From an uncultured bacterium (GTDB lineage: Bacteria > Fermentibacterota > Fermentibacteria > Fermentibacterales > JCC-6), in NCBI GenBank assembly GCA_965371785.1, contig CBDUZS010000002.1:2362-66361 (forward strand): 64,000 nt of DNA, written 5' to 3'. Of this stretch, positions 19,849 to 30,138 are shown piece by piece. The notes below the pieces were generated by a model. That model saw only the letters and a list, made by a program, of their open reading frames with translations, had not been told where the DNA came from and did no database searches. The translations under genes were made by a program, and so were the position numbers. Position 1 is the first letter of the stretch. Every line of letters starts with the position of its first letter.

Positions 19849-20978
19849 GTGAAATGCTCGATGTCGTACTGGACATGACTCCTGCCGCTCACAGCAGGGG
19901 AGGTGTGGGCAAATACCTGACACTGCTTGCGTCCAGCCTTCACGCCCACTCGCGGGAGGAAGGGCTGAGATTTCGCACCCTCGATATTCCCGCTGCCAGA
20001 CCGGGGACGCCTCCGCTGCCTGCCGAGCCGGATCTGACCCTCGGTAATCCGCTCTACCTCGGGATTCCCCTTCTGAGGCGGCTGCCGATAAGATATTCGC
20101 GGGAATTGCGTTCGAGAGGCAGGAGGCTGAGTACTCTTCTGGGGAAGAAGGGAATTTTCCACCACAGCGGGGTCCAGCCAGTCTGTCCCCGGGGATGGAC
20201 ATCCGTGCTGACAACGTTCGATCTCTCCGCAATTCAACATGAGAAATGGCATACGCTGGAGACCGTCTCGTACGGAGCCAGGGAGAAGCAGCTGACGGAG
20301 GAAGGCTCCAGGCTGATTGCCATCTCCCGATGGGCAGCCGGCGAGGCGGAATCATACTTTTCCCTTGAAAGCGGGACGGTAGGCATCGCCGGCGGCGCTG
20401 CGGGACCAATCTTCGTGCCGGGTGAACCAGACCCGGAATTCCTTGCGGAAAACGGTCTCGAAAGGGAACGATTCGTTCTGCACGTGGGCAGCTTCGTTCC
20501 GAGAAAGAACATTCCCTTCCTTCTTGAGGTTTATTCAGCCTGCGTCGATGACGGTTTCGACTATCCCCTCGTAATGGTGGGAGCAGAGGAGTGGGGAGAA
20601 CTGGATATCGATACAGGTCTTCCGTGGCTGCGAATCTTTTCGGGGATATCTGACGAAGACCTCCTGAGCCTTTACAGGGGAGCCAGAGCCGTTCTGCTCC
20701 CCAGCAGGTATGAGGGCCTCGGTTTCCCGGCACTCGAAGCCATGGCCTGCGGCAGACCTCTTCTCTGCAGCAATGCTGCAGCGCTTCCCGAAACCGTGGG
20801 AGACGGTGGGCTGCTGCTCGATCCGGATGACGCTCACGCCTGGCGCAGAGCCATATCGCACCTCGAGGACGATGAGCACCTGTCGATGCTCAGGAAAATG
20901 TCTGAAAGCGTTCACCGACGAACCTGGGAAGAGGTCGCATCGAATGCCGCGGCGTTCTACAGGAGCATATCCGAATGA
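19845..20978 (+). CDS. glycosyltransferase family 4
   Basis: C-terminal GT4 core (VGSFVPRKNIPFLLEVY...LLPSRYEGLGFPALEAMACGRPLLCSNAAALPE). GTG start overlaps the upstream stop. Confidence 0.8.
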   Translation: MSEMLDVVLDMTPAAHSRGGVGKYLTLLASSLHAHSREEGLRFRTLDIPAARPGTPPLPAEPDLTLGNPLYLGIPLLRRLPIRYSRELRSRGRRLSTLLGKKGIFHHSGVQPVCPRGWTSVLTTFDLSAIQHEKWHTLETVSYGAREKQLTEEGSRLIAISRWAAGEAESYFSLESGTVGIAGGAAGPIFVPGEPDPEFLAENGLERERFVLHVGSFVPRKNIPFLLEVYSACVDDGFDYPLVMVGAEEWGELDIDTGLPWLRIFSGISDEDLLSLYRGARAVLLPSRYEGLGFPALEAMACGRPLLCSNAAALPETVGDGGLLLDPDDAHAWRRAISHLEDDEHLSMLRKMSESVHRRTWEEVASNAAAFYRSISE

Positions 20979-22219
20979 AAATACTCCATCTCGTCCACAG
21001 GACCTGGCCGTATCACGGCGGCGCGGAGCGTTACGTCTGGGAGCATGCCGTTGCTGCTCAGCGATGGGGGCACGAGAGCACGGTGTACTCGACGGATGCA
21101 TGGGATATGTCCTGGCTTGTCTCGAACCGGGGCAAATCAGTCGATTCACCCGAGTCGTACAGAGACGGAGTCCGAATCGTGCGATTCAGAGTCCTTCATC
21201 CTCCTCTCCAGAACCTTCTGCGGGGAACGCTGCGGAGGCTGATGCCCTGTGGAGAGGACAGGTTCTTCTACCCTAACCCTTTCCTGCCCGGACTCCACTC
21301 GCGGCTGGGGAGAGACAGGGAGTTCGATTTCGTCCACGCGAACGCGATGCCTTTCCTTCTGTGGGAAGGGTTCGGATACGCTTCGAAAAGGGGAGCAGGT
21401 CTCGCGGCGGTTCCCCACGGGAATCTCGGTGAACGCTTCAGAAGAACGGCGGAGATTCGCTACCTTGCGGGATGTCAACCGGAAATCCTTCGGAAGAGCA
21501 GTGTAGTCGTAGCTCAGAATCGTTTCGAGAGAGATGTCTACGTCGACCTCGGTGTGGACCCGGAGAGGGTTCTCGTTCTGGGCAGCGGAGTGGATCCCCG
21601 GGAATTCGAGGGGGCTTCGAGGATTGCCGGAAGGAGAAGGCTGGGTATCGCGGAGGATGCGAGAGTAATCCTCACACTGACTGCGCTCTCGCGAGAGAAG
21701 GGAACGATTGCCCTCCTGAAATCCAGCCTGGATCTCTGGAGGAACGGAATGGACTTCACACTCGTTCTTGCCGGACCGAGAATGCCGGATTTCGATGTTT
21801 TTCTGCGAAGCATCGCAGAGCAGATCCCGCCGGGCAGGCTGATTCTTACGGGAATGGTGAAACGTGAGACAAGGGCTGATCTCATAGCGGCAGCAGACGT
21901 CTTTGCCCTGCTGTCGCGGCTTGATTGCTTCGGCATAGTTCTACTCGAAGCCTGGGTTTGCGGGTTACCCGTAGTGGGATGCTGGGCCGGCGCCATGCCG
22001 GATCTGATCGCAGACGGGGAGACAGGATTTCTCGTCGGTTTCGATGATACTGAGACGCTCGCATCCAGGCTGGGTGTCCTCATCGACTCGGAAGGTCTCA
22101 GAAGGGAGATGGGGAAAAAGGGGAAACGTCTCGTCGAAGGCAGATACACCTGGGACAGGGTTACCGACAGGTTCTACAGTCGAATCGCAGGATGCCTGAC
22201 GAAAGAGGGGATACGGTGA
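20975..22219 (+). CDS. glycosyltransferase family 4
   Basis: MKILHLVHRTWPYHGGAERYV N-terminus. C-terminal LSRLDCFGIVLLEAWVCGLPVVGCWAGAMPDLI...GETGFLV (EX7E-like). ATGA overlap with the upstream gene. Confidence 0.8.
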   Translation: MKILHLVHRTWPYHGGAERYVWEHAVAAQRWGHESTVYSTDAWDMSWLVSNRGKSVDSPESYRDGVRIVRFRVLHPPLQNLLRGTLRRLMPCGEDRFFYPNPFLPGLHSRLGRDREFDFVHANAMPFLLWEGFGYASKRGAGLAAVPHGNLGERFRRTAEIRYLAGCQPEILRKSSVVVAQNRFERDVYVDLGVDPERVLVLGSGVDPREFEGASRIAGRRRLGIAEDARVILTLTALSREKGTIALLKSSLDLWRNGMDFTLVLAGPRMPDFDVFLRSIAEQIPPGRLILTGMVKRETRADLIAAADVFALLSRLDCFGIVLLEAWVCGLPVVGCWAGAMPDLIADGETGFLVGFDDTETLASRLGVLIDSEGLRREMGKKGKRLVEGRYTWDRVTDRFYSRIAGCLTKEGIR

Positions 22220-23472
22220 GCAGGAGTGTAACGGTTGTCTCGGTTCTCTGGAATTCAGCCGGTCTGATTCCCGATCTTGCAGACACCCTTCGCGGCCTAT
22301 CCGATGAGTGCGATATCATCCTGGTAGACAACAATTCAACCGATGACACCGCAGATCTGGCAGCCAGTCTCATCCCGGATGCCAGAATCAAAAGAATGTC
22401 TCAAAACGGAGGTTTCGGCTGGGGCAACAACAGAGCGCTCGAAGAGGTTACCACACCCTTCATCCTCTTGTTGAACAGCGATGCAAGGATGGAACCCGAA
22501 TCACTGAAGAGCCTGCTGTCGGTAATGGACCGATACGAGAAAACAGCAGCCGTACAGCCAACTCTGAAGATATGGGACTGGCCGCTGCTCTCTGCGGGCA
22601 AGGGTGTATCCATGACCCGTTACGGAGAAGGTTATGACATTAATTTCCTTCACTTCTCTTCCGGCGCCGCGAAGGGAGATCCGGTACGCGTTCCGGGGGT
22701 AACCGCAGCGGTCTCACTGTGGAGAACGGCTGCACTCCAGGAGGTTTCCGGTTTTGACGAGGAAATATTCATGTACTTCGAGGACGTCGATCTGTCCATG
22801 AGACTGGCATCTGCTGGCTGGCGGTTCAGCCTTGCGACGGCAGCGACCGCGCTTCACAGAGCGGGAGCATCCAGTTCGAGGGAGAGGGCAGCGAAATGGG
22901 AACTGGAGTCATCCGTCTACCTGACGCGAAGGTACTTCGGATCCCGCTCATGTACCCTTCCTCCGTACTGGTGGAAGCGGGAATTGAGGATTCGGGCCCA
23001 CGGAATTATCAGACGCATTCCCTGGAAATGGAGAATTGGAGCCGTTAGAAGAGCATGCTCCATTCCGTGCACACCTGTCCGGCTGTCAGGTGAAGTGCTT
23101 TCCATGCTGCAGTCCAGACCGATGGAGCTTCCTCTGACCCGCAGTGCGCTTCGAGATAATCTGGATCCGGACGGCGTTCTGGAGGCCGGTCCAGGTTTCT
23201 CGAAGAGGGATGGACGGCTCTTCATTACACAGTATGGCTGTATACTCTCGAAGGCCAGGGGAGTGATATCGCTGGAACTGGTCACGCCTGACCGCTGCAG
23301 GAGCGGCTCCATCAGGAACGAGAGGGGAGATGTCCTCACACGATGGAACAGCATGCCCGGGGAAGTGGTTCATCTGAAAACAGGAGTTGCCCCTGCCGGT
23401 TCAAAGTTCTATCTCTCAATGGATGAGTACGATGCCACTGCGGAGGTAAAAAAGATTGTTCACCGTCGCTGA
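22216..23472 (+). CDS. glycosyltransferase family 2
   Basis: VSVLWNSAGLIPD...IILVDNNSTDDT...LLLNSDARMEP... A DxD-type GT2 fold. GTG start overlaps the upstream stop (GTGA). Confidence 0.75.
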   Translation: MSRSVTVVSVLWNSAGLIPDLADTLRGLSDECDIILVDNNSTDDTADLAASLIPDARIKRMSQNGGFGWGNNRALEEVTTPFILLLNSDARMEPESLKSLLSVMDRYEKTAAVQPTLKIWDWPLLSAGKGVSMTRYGEGYDINFLHFSSGAAKGDPVRVPGVTAAVSLWRTAALQEVSGFDEEIFMYFEDVDLSMRLASAGWRFSLATAATALHRAGASSSRERAAKWELESSVYLTRRYFGSRSCTLPPYWWKRELRIRAHGIIRRIPWKWRIGAVRRACSIPCTPVRLSGEVLSMLQSRPMELPLTRSALRDNLDPDGVLEAGPGFSKRDGRLFITQYGCILSKARGVISLELVTPDRCRSGSIRNERGDVLTRWNSMPGEVVHLKTGVAPAGSKFYLSMDEYDATAEVKKIVHRR

Positions 23473-23473
23473 C

Positions 23474-24274
23474 ATGAGGAAAAGCTCAAAGCTGCATGTC
23501 AGGCTGGGAGCCTGGCTCATCCTGTCGATACTCCTTCTGCTCACCAGGAGCTTTTCATGGCTTTCCGCCGGACTGATCGCCGGTGCCCTTCCGCCTGCTC
23601 TCCAGCTCCGGGAGAATCTATTCATGAGGGTATGTCTGCTCCTTCTGGCGATCGCTGCCGTTCTGCCCCTCGATTCACAGTCATCAGCGCTTGTGATGGC
23701 GTCAGGAATGTTGCTCGTATTGAACGGTAAATCTCTGCTCATCAGAGTAACGGGACTATGTTCGATCCTGCTCGCGGCGCTGCAGGGTTCGGTTAGCGGT
23801 CTGATGTTCATCCTGATCCTTTCTGCGATTTCAGTGTTTCCCCCGAGCAGGAAGTGGAGACTCGCCACGATGGCGCCTGGGCTGATCCTGTGCCTCGTAA
23901 TAGCCGGTCTGCCCGATGCGCGCCTTCATCCGGAACGGGTAGCACAGGAACGGCATATCGAGGATCGTCTTGCATGGACTTACGTTCCGGCCCTGACTGC
24001 GGGATCACCGGCAGTCCTCTTCAGAACTTCGTCCACGGACGGGGGAGTCCTGCACGTACCGGTGGATGCGGGAGGTGTCAGGGATGATCTGCCCGTCGGC
24101 ACAATCCTGACGGGGGAGCAGAGCATCACATTCGGAGCAGGGAGGGACACTCTGAACGTTCCTTTCAACGCCGGCGATACCGTTCGTGTGTGGATATCCA
24201 GGCCATGGGCTGCGTTCGAGCATACGATTATCCACTTCGGGCATTGCTGGACATCACCGAAGGAAGGATCATGA
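23474..24274 (+). CDS. hypothetical membrane protein
   Basis: Four hydrophobic segments at the N-terminus (LGAWLILSILLLL..., VCLLLLAIAAVL..., LCSILLAAL..., APGLILCLVIAGL), then a ~100-aa soluble tail. ATG 23474 is 1 nt after the upstream stop. Confidence 0.45.
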   Translation: MRKSSKLHVRLGAWLILSILLLLTRSFSWLSAGLIAGALPPALQLRENLFMRVCLLLLAIAAVLPLDSQSSALVMASGMLLVLNGKSLLIRVTGLCSILLAALQGSVSGLMFILILSAISVFPPSRKWRLATMAPGLILCLVIAGLPDARLHPERVAQERHIEDRLAWTYVPALTAGSPAVLFRTSSTDGGVLHVPVDAGGVRDDLPVGTILTGEQSITFGAGRDTLNVPFNAGDTVRVWISRPWAAFEHTIIHFGHCWTSPKEGS

Positions 24275-26358
24275 GACTGACTGCACTCCTCCGCAGGTAC
24301 CAGGGGGCAGTCTTCCCCCTTTTCGCGGGAATCCTCGTGTTCGCAGTCTGGAGAATCACCGGAATGCCGGCTCCCGGCACCCATGGAAGGCTTGTGCCGC
24401 TCGCATGGGCTCTCCTGTCCCTTGTATCCGGGAGGCTCAGGGTTCACCGGCTCTCCGTACTGTTCCTGACGATGTTCGTCCTGCTCTCTGTCTTCTGGCA
24501 TACCGGCCGGGTTGTCGAGCTGCTTGCGGTTTCCTTTGCTGTCCTGGGGATGCTTCCGGCGATGCTGTCACTGGCCGGAAAAGGTATCTGGGGTCCCGCA
24601 AGGGCTGCGGTCCCTCTCTTCCTGCTCAGCGTTCTGCTGGTTCCATTCGAAGGAGACGAACCTCATTACGGCGCCCTGACAGAGGATCTTGCCGGGGGCG
24701 GATCGGAAGTATTCGGTGAGCCAGGAGGACAGACTGGTGACATGGAGGGGGGGGAATCCCACCACACGAAGGCTTTTCCCTTGCTGCTTCTACCGGGATA
24801 CCCTCTCGGGGTAATCGGTGTGAGAACGGTTTCCTTTCTGATGGCGCTGGCATCTTCCGTTCTCCTGGCCCTCATCTACAGAAGGGCGAATGTCCCTTCC
24901 GGCGGTAAACTCGCGCTCATGGGCATGGTTCTCCTGCCCGGGGCAGGCATACTCGGTCTCCTGTATCCTGGCTGGCTTGCACTGGGACTTTTTTGCGCAG
25001 GGGCGTTATGGGGAATGAAAGGCAGGCTTGGGCTTCCCATCGTAATCCTGGTCACACTAGTACTCACAGCCATCAAATTCCGTTTCTTCTTTCTGGGGGC
25101 GGGACTCTTCCTCGTATGGTTCATCAGGCTCCCCTCTCAATGGAAGTTCAGGGCACTCGCCCTCGTCATCGGGGGAGCCGCGATGGTGCTCGTCGCTGAT
25201 TTCTTCCTGCTCGGCGGCAATCTCTTCTGGAACCGGTACGGTAACACCGGTGTGATCATGCTGGTCTGGACTAACATCACGCAAAGGACAGGTTCACTCG
25301 TTCTCGCACCGTTTGCAGCCCTGCTCGATATCGAAGCGGGTTTGATCTGGAAAGCTCCGTGGCTGCTTCTGTCCTTTGCCGGTATTCCAGAACTTCGAAG
25401 AAGGTTTCCAGACCTCTTCCTTACCCTTGGACTCCCATCCCTCATTTACATCGCGGTTCTCTTCCTCTGGATGCCTGCCGGGTGGCACGGTCTGCCCACC
25501 CCTCCTGGAAGGTTCTTCATTCCCCTGCTGCCTTTCATGCTCGCGTCTGCCTCCATGCTGCTCCACAAACCATCGGCGAAGGTGTTGCTGTGGCTATCTC
25601 TGATGGTCACCGCCCTCTGCATAGCCGACCCATGGCTGAGGTTCAACCACGCTGACGGTACCGACGCTCTGGTTAAACTTTTCTCCGGCGGATCCCACTC
25701 CCTGACCGCATGGCTTCCTACACAGGTAAGGCCGGCCCTGCCGCCTTTCCTGATCTGGGGAGCCTTCTTCTCATCCCTCATAATTCTGGTGAAGAGGACG
25801 AGGTGGGGAGTCTTATTTGCGCTTCTGGCAGCATCCATAGCAGTCGGATCCGTTGTCAGAACTGCTCCCTCTTCGTGGGAAGCCGAGGATCTGGGAGCCT
25901 GCGAAAGGACCGGATGTGTCATCTACCCTTCTGACGTTGACCCCGATCGCAGGAACTACTGGCTTTTCGACAGACAGCTGATGCTCCATCTCGAGCATCC
26001 ATCTGACCGCATAACTCTTGATATTCCTCCGGGAAACGGTGATTCCGTGACGGTAGCGATCGTTTTGAGAGGTTTCGCCTCCGATACCGAATGTCCGGGT
26101 ATAGTTATCTCGTGCGGAAGCAGTACGTTCACTGCATTCCTCGATTCGGAAACACGACCGCCTCCTTCCTGGGTGAGCATGTTCAGGCGGGGCAGAGAGA
26201 TAGACAGAATCCCCGAAAATCTTGCCGATACGACCCTGTCGTGTGTGCTGTGCAATGAGCAGGGCAATCCACTAGTCATAGAGCCTGTACCATGGGCAGA
26301 TGACCAGGGGCTCCTGTTCGGGCTCTATCTGGACAGGATAGAGGTTCGAGTGAGATGA
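24271..26358 (+). CDS. polytopic membrane protein, GT-C-type glycosyltransferase-like (PMT/ArnT-like acidic loop)
   Basis: About 13 TM helices. First extracytoplasmic loop carries EGDEPHYGALTEDLAGG, reminiscent of the DE catalytic motif of GT39/GT83 enzymes. C-terminal ~180-aa soluble domain. ATGA overlap with the upstream gene. Confidence 0.55.
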   Translation: MRLTALLRRYQGAVFPLFAGILVFAVWRITGMPAPGTHGRLVPLAWALLSLVSGRLRVHRLSVLFLTMFVLLSVFWHTGRVVELLAVSFAVLGMLPAMLSLAGKGIWGPARAAVPLFLLSVLLVPFEGDEPHYGALTEDLAGGGSEVFGEPGGQTGDMEGGESHHTKAFPLLLLPGYPLGVIGVRTVSFLMALASSVLLALIYRRANVPSGGKLALMGMVLLPGAGILGLLYPGWLALGLFCAGALWGMKGRLGLPIVILVTLVLTAIKFRFFFLGAGLFLVWFIRLPSQWKFRALALVIGGAAMVLVADFFLLGGNLFWNRYGNTGVIMLVWTNITQRTGSLVLAPFAALLDIEAGLIWKAPWLLLSFAGIPELRRRFPDLFLTLGLPSLIYIAVLFLWMPAGWHGLPTPPGRFFIPLLPFMLASASMLLHKPSAKVLLWLSLMVTALCIADPWLRFNHADGTDALVKLFSGGSHSLTAWLPTQVRPALPPFLIWGAFFSSLIILVKRTRWGVLFALLAASIAVGSVVRTAPSSWEAEDLGACERTGCVIYPSDVDPDRRNYWLFDRQLMLHLEHPSDRITLDIPPGNGDSVTVAIVLRGFASDTECPGIVISCGSSTFTAFLDSETRPPPSWVSMFRRGREIDRIPENLADTTLSCVLCNEQGNPLVIEPVPWADDQGLLFGLYLDRIEVRVR

Positions 26359-27173
26359 AGCTCTCGGTAGTGGTTCCATCCCGAAACGGACTGTGCTTTC
26401 TCCGGAAGTACCTCCCCGCAGTACTGGCAGACCTGGGAAACGGGGGAGAGCTGATCGTGGTGGACGATTGCTCCGATGACGAGACGGCAGTCAAAGGACC
26501 GGTCGAATTTCCGGAAGTCAGATTCATCACAAGGCAGGGCGAGCCCGGATTCTGTCATGCGGTGAACATCGGAATGCGTGAGTCTTCGGGAGACATGCTC
26601 CTGCTGCTGAACAATGATGTTCTTCTACCCGAGGGGGCTCTTTCGACACTTGCAGAGGAGTTGCATAAGGCTCCACAGTACTACTGCGCAGCAGTTCCCC
26701 GGATAAGGCGGCCCGACGGCTCGGACGAGAGTAAGGTGAACTACATGTTCAGCAGGGGTCTGGCATCTACTTCGCTCGGCGGTGACGGTGTTCCGTATCC
26801 ATCGGGAGCCTGCAGCCTCTGGAGGCGTACCTCATGGGAGTCACTCGGCGGTCTGGATACGATCTATGCACCCATATACTGGGAGGATGCCGACATCGGA
26901 GCCAGAGCATTCAAGCTCGGGATGAAGGTTCTCAGAATACCGGGAGTCGAGGTACAGCATGAACATGCAGCAACCATGCGGCTGTCACCCGAATCGGACT
27001 CTCTACGGGAGAGAAACAGATTCATATTCATGCACAGGCACTTCAGAACGCCCCCTGCCAGACTCTCGACTGCATTCTGGCTGCCTCTGCACCTGCTGAA
27101 GGCTGCCTTGACGGGGAACACAGCATTCCTGAAAGGTTACAGGAGCTTTCTCTTGATGAAAGGGCTGCTGTGA
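26355..27173 (+). CDS. glycosyltransferase family 2
   Basis: MKLSVVVPSRNGLCFLRKYL...LIVVDDCSDDET...LLLNNDVLLPEG. ATGA overlap upstream and GTGA overlap downstream. Confidence 0.8.
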   Translation: MKLSVVVPSRNGLCFLRKYLPAVLADLGNGGELIVVDDCSDDETAVKGPVEFPEVRFITRQGEPGFCHAVNIGMRESSGDMLLLLNNDVLLPEGALSTLAEELHKAPQYYCAAVPRIRRPDGSDESKVNYMFSRGLASTSLGGDGVPYPSGACSLWRRTSWESLGGLDTIYAPIYWEDADIGARAFKLGMKVLRIPGVEVQHEHAATMRLSPESDSLRERNRFIFMHRHFRTPPARLSTAFWLPLHLLKAALTGNTAFLKGYRSFLLMKGLL

Positions 27174-28840
27174 AGAAGGCCAGGTTCGTACTGGGAGTAG
27201 AGCTGCTCACCGGCATGGTTGCCGGAGCTGCAGCGCTTTCCGCTGTTGCTTCACTGCTGATAACACTTCTCGTCATTCAGGATTCTGCGAACAGATCCAG
27301 CGCTCTGGCCATGTACACGGTGTCGTCCATTGCCCTGAACCTTCCCCCTGATCCCGGATACGAAGATCTGAGGGGGGCCGTACACGGTCTTGTTCTCGGA
27401 GAAACAATAGACGCAGTCGTTGTCGCGGACAGCCTTTTCAACCCGCTTCTAAGTGTTGAGCCCCTTTCCTCGGGAATACTTCCGCTCAGGCAGGACGATT
27501 GGGTCTTCTACAGTATCCCCGATAGTCCGCTGATGGTAGGTGTAATACCGGTGAACCCGCTTTCATCCGGTTTCAACATGCTCCTGATGACGGGTCTGGC
27601 GGTGCTTGCGGCCGGTCTGACCATAATAGCCATATTCACCCCCGGATACCTGAAGAGGCGGGTCCTGGCCCCTCTGAAGGCCATTCTCGGCGAAGCCGAC
27701 AGGCTCGAGGAGGGAGCAGGTAGAAATCCTGACACCGCGCGGGCATCTTTTCATCGTGTTGTCGAACTCCTGGAAGACAGGGACAGGGAACTGGAGCTGC
27801 TGAGGAAAGAAGCCGAGAAAAGGGCTGATGCTGCCGAATCCAGAGCGGGAGCTCTACTCTCCGCCATCCGTTCGTCCGTACTCGCTCTGGACGATGAGGG
27901 AAACCTTGTCTTCTTCAACGACCCGGCGAGAGAACTCTTCGATCTGGTTCCCGATGACAGGGGCGCCGGGTTCCCACTCGACAGGTCGGAGACCGGGTCG
28001 AGAATGAAGAGAGTACTGAACACATTCGAGGGAACAACACTCGAGACCGAGATAGAAATTCCCTCCGATGCGGGAAAAAGAATACTGAACGTCTCCATAT
28101 CATGTTCCGATACCGGAGAAACGGTTATCCTGCTCACGGACGTGACAAGGCTTGCCGAACTGGAGAGAAGGATAGCCGAGGAAACCGCAATGGCTGATCT
28201 GGGTTCGGTGTCAGCAGGCATTTCCCACGAAGTCGGAAACACACTCTGTGCTCTTTCGGGCTTCATAGAGCTGCTTGGAAAGGGACACAGCGACGAGCGG
28301 ACGATGTCAATACTCTCAGAGGCCAAAGTGGAAATCGACTCCGCACGGCAGACGGTAGAGTCGTTCAAAGCCCTTGCCGGATCCGGGAAACCTGTTTCGA
28401 CGGTCGTACCGGTGGAAGAACTGCATGAACTTGCCAGAGAACTATGCGAAGAGATGGGTGACCGGTGCGGGGTATCGACGGAGCATATTTCAGGGGCGGT
28501 TTCGGTTGACCGTCTACTGATGAGCAGGTGCATCAGCAACCTGCTCAGGAACTCAATCGAAGCGGATCCGGACAGCAGAATAGAGGTTAACCTCTCGTGC
28601 ACTGCAGGGGAGTTCATCCTTCTCGTCGAAGACGATGGCCCGGGCTTTGCAGAGGACACCGAAATCCTTTTCAGACCGCTCTATTCGACGAAACGCAGCG
28701 AAGGCAACATGGGGATCGGTCTCACCATAACCAGAAGGATAATAGCAGCATTTGGAGGGAAGGTGACAGCCTGCCGAAAGGCCGATGGCAAGGGCGCAAT
28801 CGTGAGCATCAGGCTTCCCCTCGTTAAGGAGACGAATTGA
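27170..28840 (+). CDS. sensor histidine kinase (2 TM, periplasmic loop, PAS-like, HisKA, HATPase_c)
   Basis: H-box MADLGSVSAGISHEVGNTL. ATP-lid LVEDDGPGF...GIGLTI. Two TM segments flank a ~130-aa extracytoplasmic domain. Confidence 0.85.
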   Translation: MKKARFVLGVELLTGMVAGAAALSAVASLLITLLVIQDSANRSSALAMYTVSSIALNLPPDPGYEDLRGAVHGLVLGETIDAVVVADSLFNPLLSVEPLSSGILPLRQDDWVFYSIPDSPLMVGVIPVNPLSSGFNMLLMTGLAVLAAGLTIIAIFTPGYLKRRVLAPLKAILGEADRLEEGAGRNPDTARASFHRVVELLEDRDRELELLRKEAEKRADAAESRAGALLSAIRSSVLALDDEGNLVFFNDPARELFDLVPDDRGAGFPLDRSETGSRMKRVLNTFEGTTLETEIEIPSDAGKRILNVSISCSDTGETVILLTDVTRLAELERRIAEETAMADLGSVSAGISHEVGNTLCALSGFIELLGKGHSDERTMSILSEAKVEIDSARQTVESFKALAGSGKPVSTVVPVEELHELARELCEEMGDRCGVSTEHISGAVSVDRLLMSRCISNLLRNSIEADPDSRIEVNLSCTAGEFILLVEDDGPGFAEDTEILFRPLYSTKRSEGNMGIGLTITRRIIAAFGGKVTACRKADGKGAIVSIRLPLVKETN

Positions 28841-30138
28841 ACAGGATACTGCTCGTCGAGGACAAGCGGGGCATGAGGGTAATGCTGAGCACCGCTCTCA
28901 CCGAGGATGGATGGGAAGTGACTGCCGTTCCCAGCGGCGAACGTGCGGTCCGGGAAATAAGTTCGACCGAGTTCCCATTCGACATGATTCTCACCGATGT
29001 GTGTCTGCCGGGCTCCATCGACGGGAACGAAGTACTCAGTCATTCACGCGGGGCAACGCCATCCACTCCCGTGATACTCATGACTGCATTCGGAACGATA
29101 GAGATGGCTGTGTCGGCGATGAAACGCGGTGCGCGTGACTTCATCACGAAACCGTTCGAGCTCGAGAACCTTCTCAGGCTCGTAAGACGTCACGCAGCAT
29201 CTCATGAGAACAGCATGATAGGCACTTCCCGGTCTCTGTCCCGCGAGGTTGACAGGGCGATGAAGGGAGCGGTCACGGATCTGAACATGCTGATTCTGGG
29301 CGAAAGCGGAACCGGAAAAGAGCTCCTTGCAAGAATGGTCCATTCCGAAAGCCGCTGGAAGGATGGACCTTTCATACCCGTAAACTGTGCGGCAATTCCC
29401 GCTAATCTCATGGAAAGTGAATTATTCGGCGCAGAGAAGGGGGCTTACACCGGTGCGGATGCCAGGCGTATCGGCAGATTCGAACTTGCGGACGGCGGCA
29501 CGATTCTCCTCGATGAAGTGGGAGACCTTGCACCCTCTCTCCAGGGGAAGCTGCTTCGTATTCTCCAGGAGAAGGAGTACACGAGAGTTGGCGGAACCGA
29601 GCTCCTCCACGCAAAAGTAAGGGTTATCTCCGCAAGCAACAGGGATCTCACAGCTTCGATTGAATCGGGACTGTTCCGGAAGGATCTCTACTACAGGATC
29701 AGTGAGTTTCCTGTTACCCTCCCGCCCCTGAGGAAAAGAGCGGAAGACATCCCCGAACTCGCAAAGTATTTCCTGAGACAGTGCGGCTACGACAACCTGA
29801 CCATTTCGGAACAGGCCATGTCCTTGCTGGCAAGGTACGACTGGCCAGGGAACGTAAGGGAACTGCGGAACATCGTTCTCAGAGCAGCCGCTCTTGCGCA
29901 GCAGGATGTTATCGATTCCACTCTCCTCGAGATAGGAGACGGCTCCGCCCCGGAAGAGGGTCTTCTCCAGGAAGCGAACAGGGTAGCGAGAGAGCGTGAG
30001 AGGGAGATGATTCTCTCCACTCTTCTGGAAACCGATGGCAACAGGAAAAAAGCCGCGGAGATTCTCAAGGTCAGCTACCGCACACTGCTCTCGAGAATCA
30101 AGGAACTCAGGCTGGGAACGGATACCGGGAAGGGTTAA
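28837..30138 (+). CDS. sigma-54-dependent response regulator (NtrC family: REC, AAA+ sigma54-activation, Fis-type HTH)
   Basis: REC with D in ILTDVCLPG. GESGTGKELLARMVH Walker A. ESELFGAEKGAYTGA GAFTGA motif. C-terminal HTH (KKAAEILKVSYRTLLSRIKEL). TTG start overlaps the kinase stop. Confidence 0.9.
   Translation: MNRILLVEDKRGMRVMLSTALTEDGWEVTAVPSGERAVREISSTEFPFDMILTDVCLPGSIDGNEVLSHSRGATPSTPVILMTAFGTIEMAVSAMKRGARDFITKPFELENLLRLVRRHAASHENSMIGTSRSLSREVDRAMKGAVTDLNMLILGESGTGKELLARMVHSESRWKDGPFIPVNCAAIPANLMESELFGAEKGAYTGADARRIGRFELADGGTILLDEVGDLAPSLQGKLLRILQEKEYTRVGGTELLHAKVRVISASNRDLTASIESGLFRKDLYYRISEFPVTLPPLRKRAEDIPELAKYFLRQCGYDNLTISEQAMSLLARYDWPGNVRELRNIVLRAAALAQQDVIDSTLLEIGDGSAPEEGLLQEANRVAREREREMILSTLLETDGNRKKAAEILKVSYRTLLSRIKELRLGTDTGKG

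Noticed and set aside
19606-20733. 375-aa minus-strand ORF antisense to the GT4 gene. Similar long antisense ORFs occur at 5224–6066, 17174–17776, 17530–18207, 27751–28659 and 46098–46790.
   Set aside because: Arg/Pro/Ser/Gly-rich, low-complexity translations, typical of shadow ORFs in GC-rich DNA. The sense-strand genes have clear family signatures and operon-consistent overlaps.
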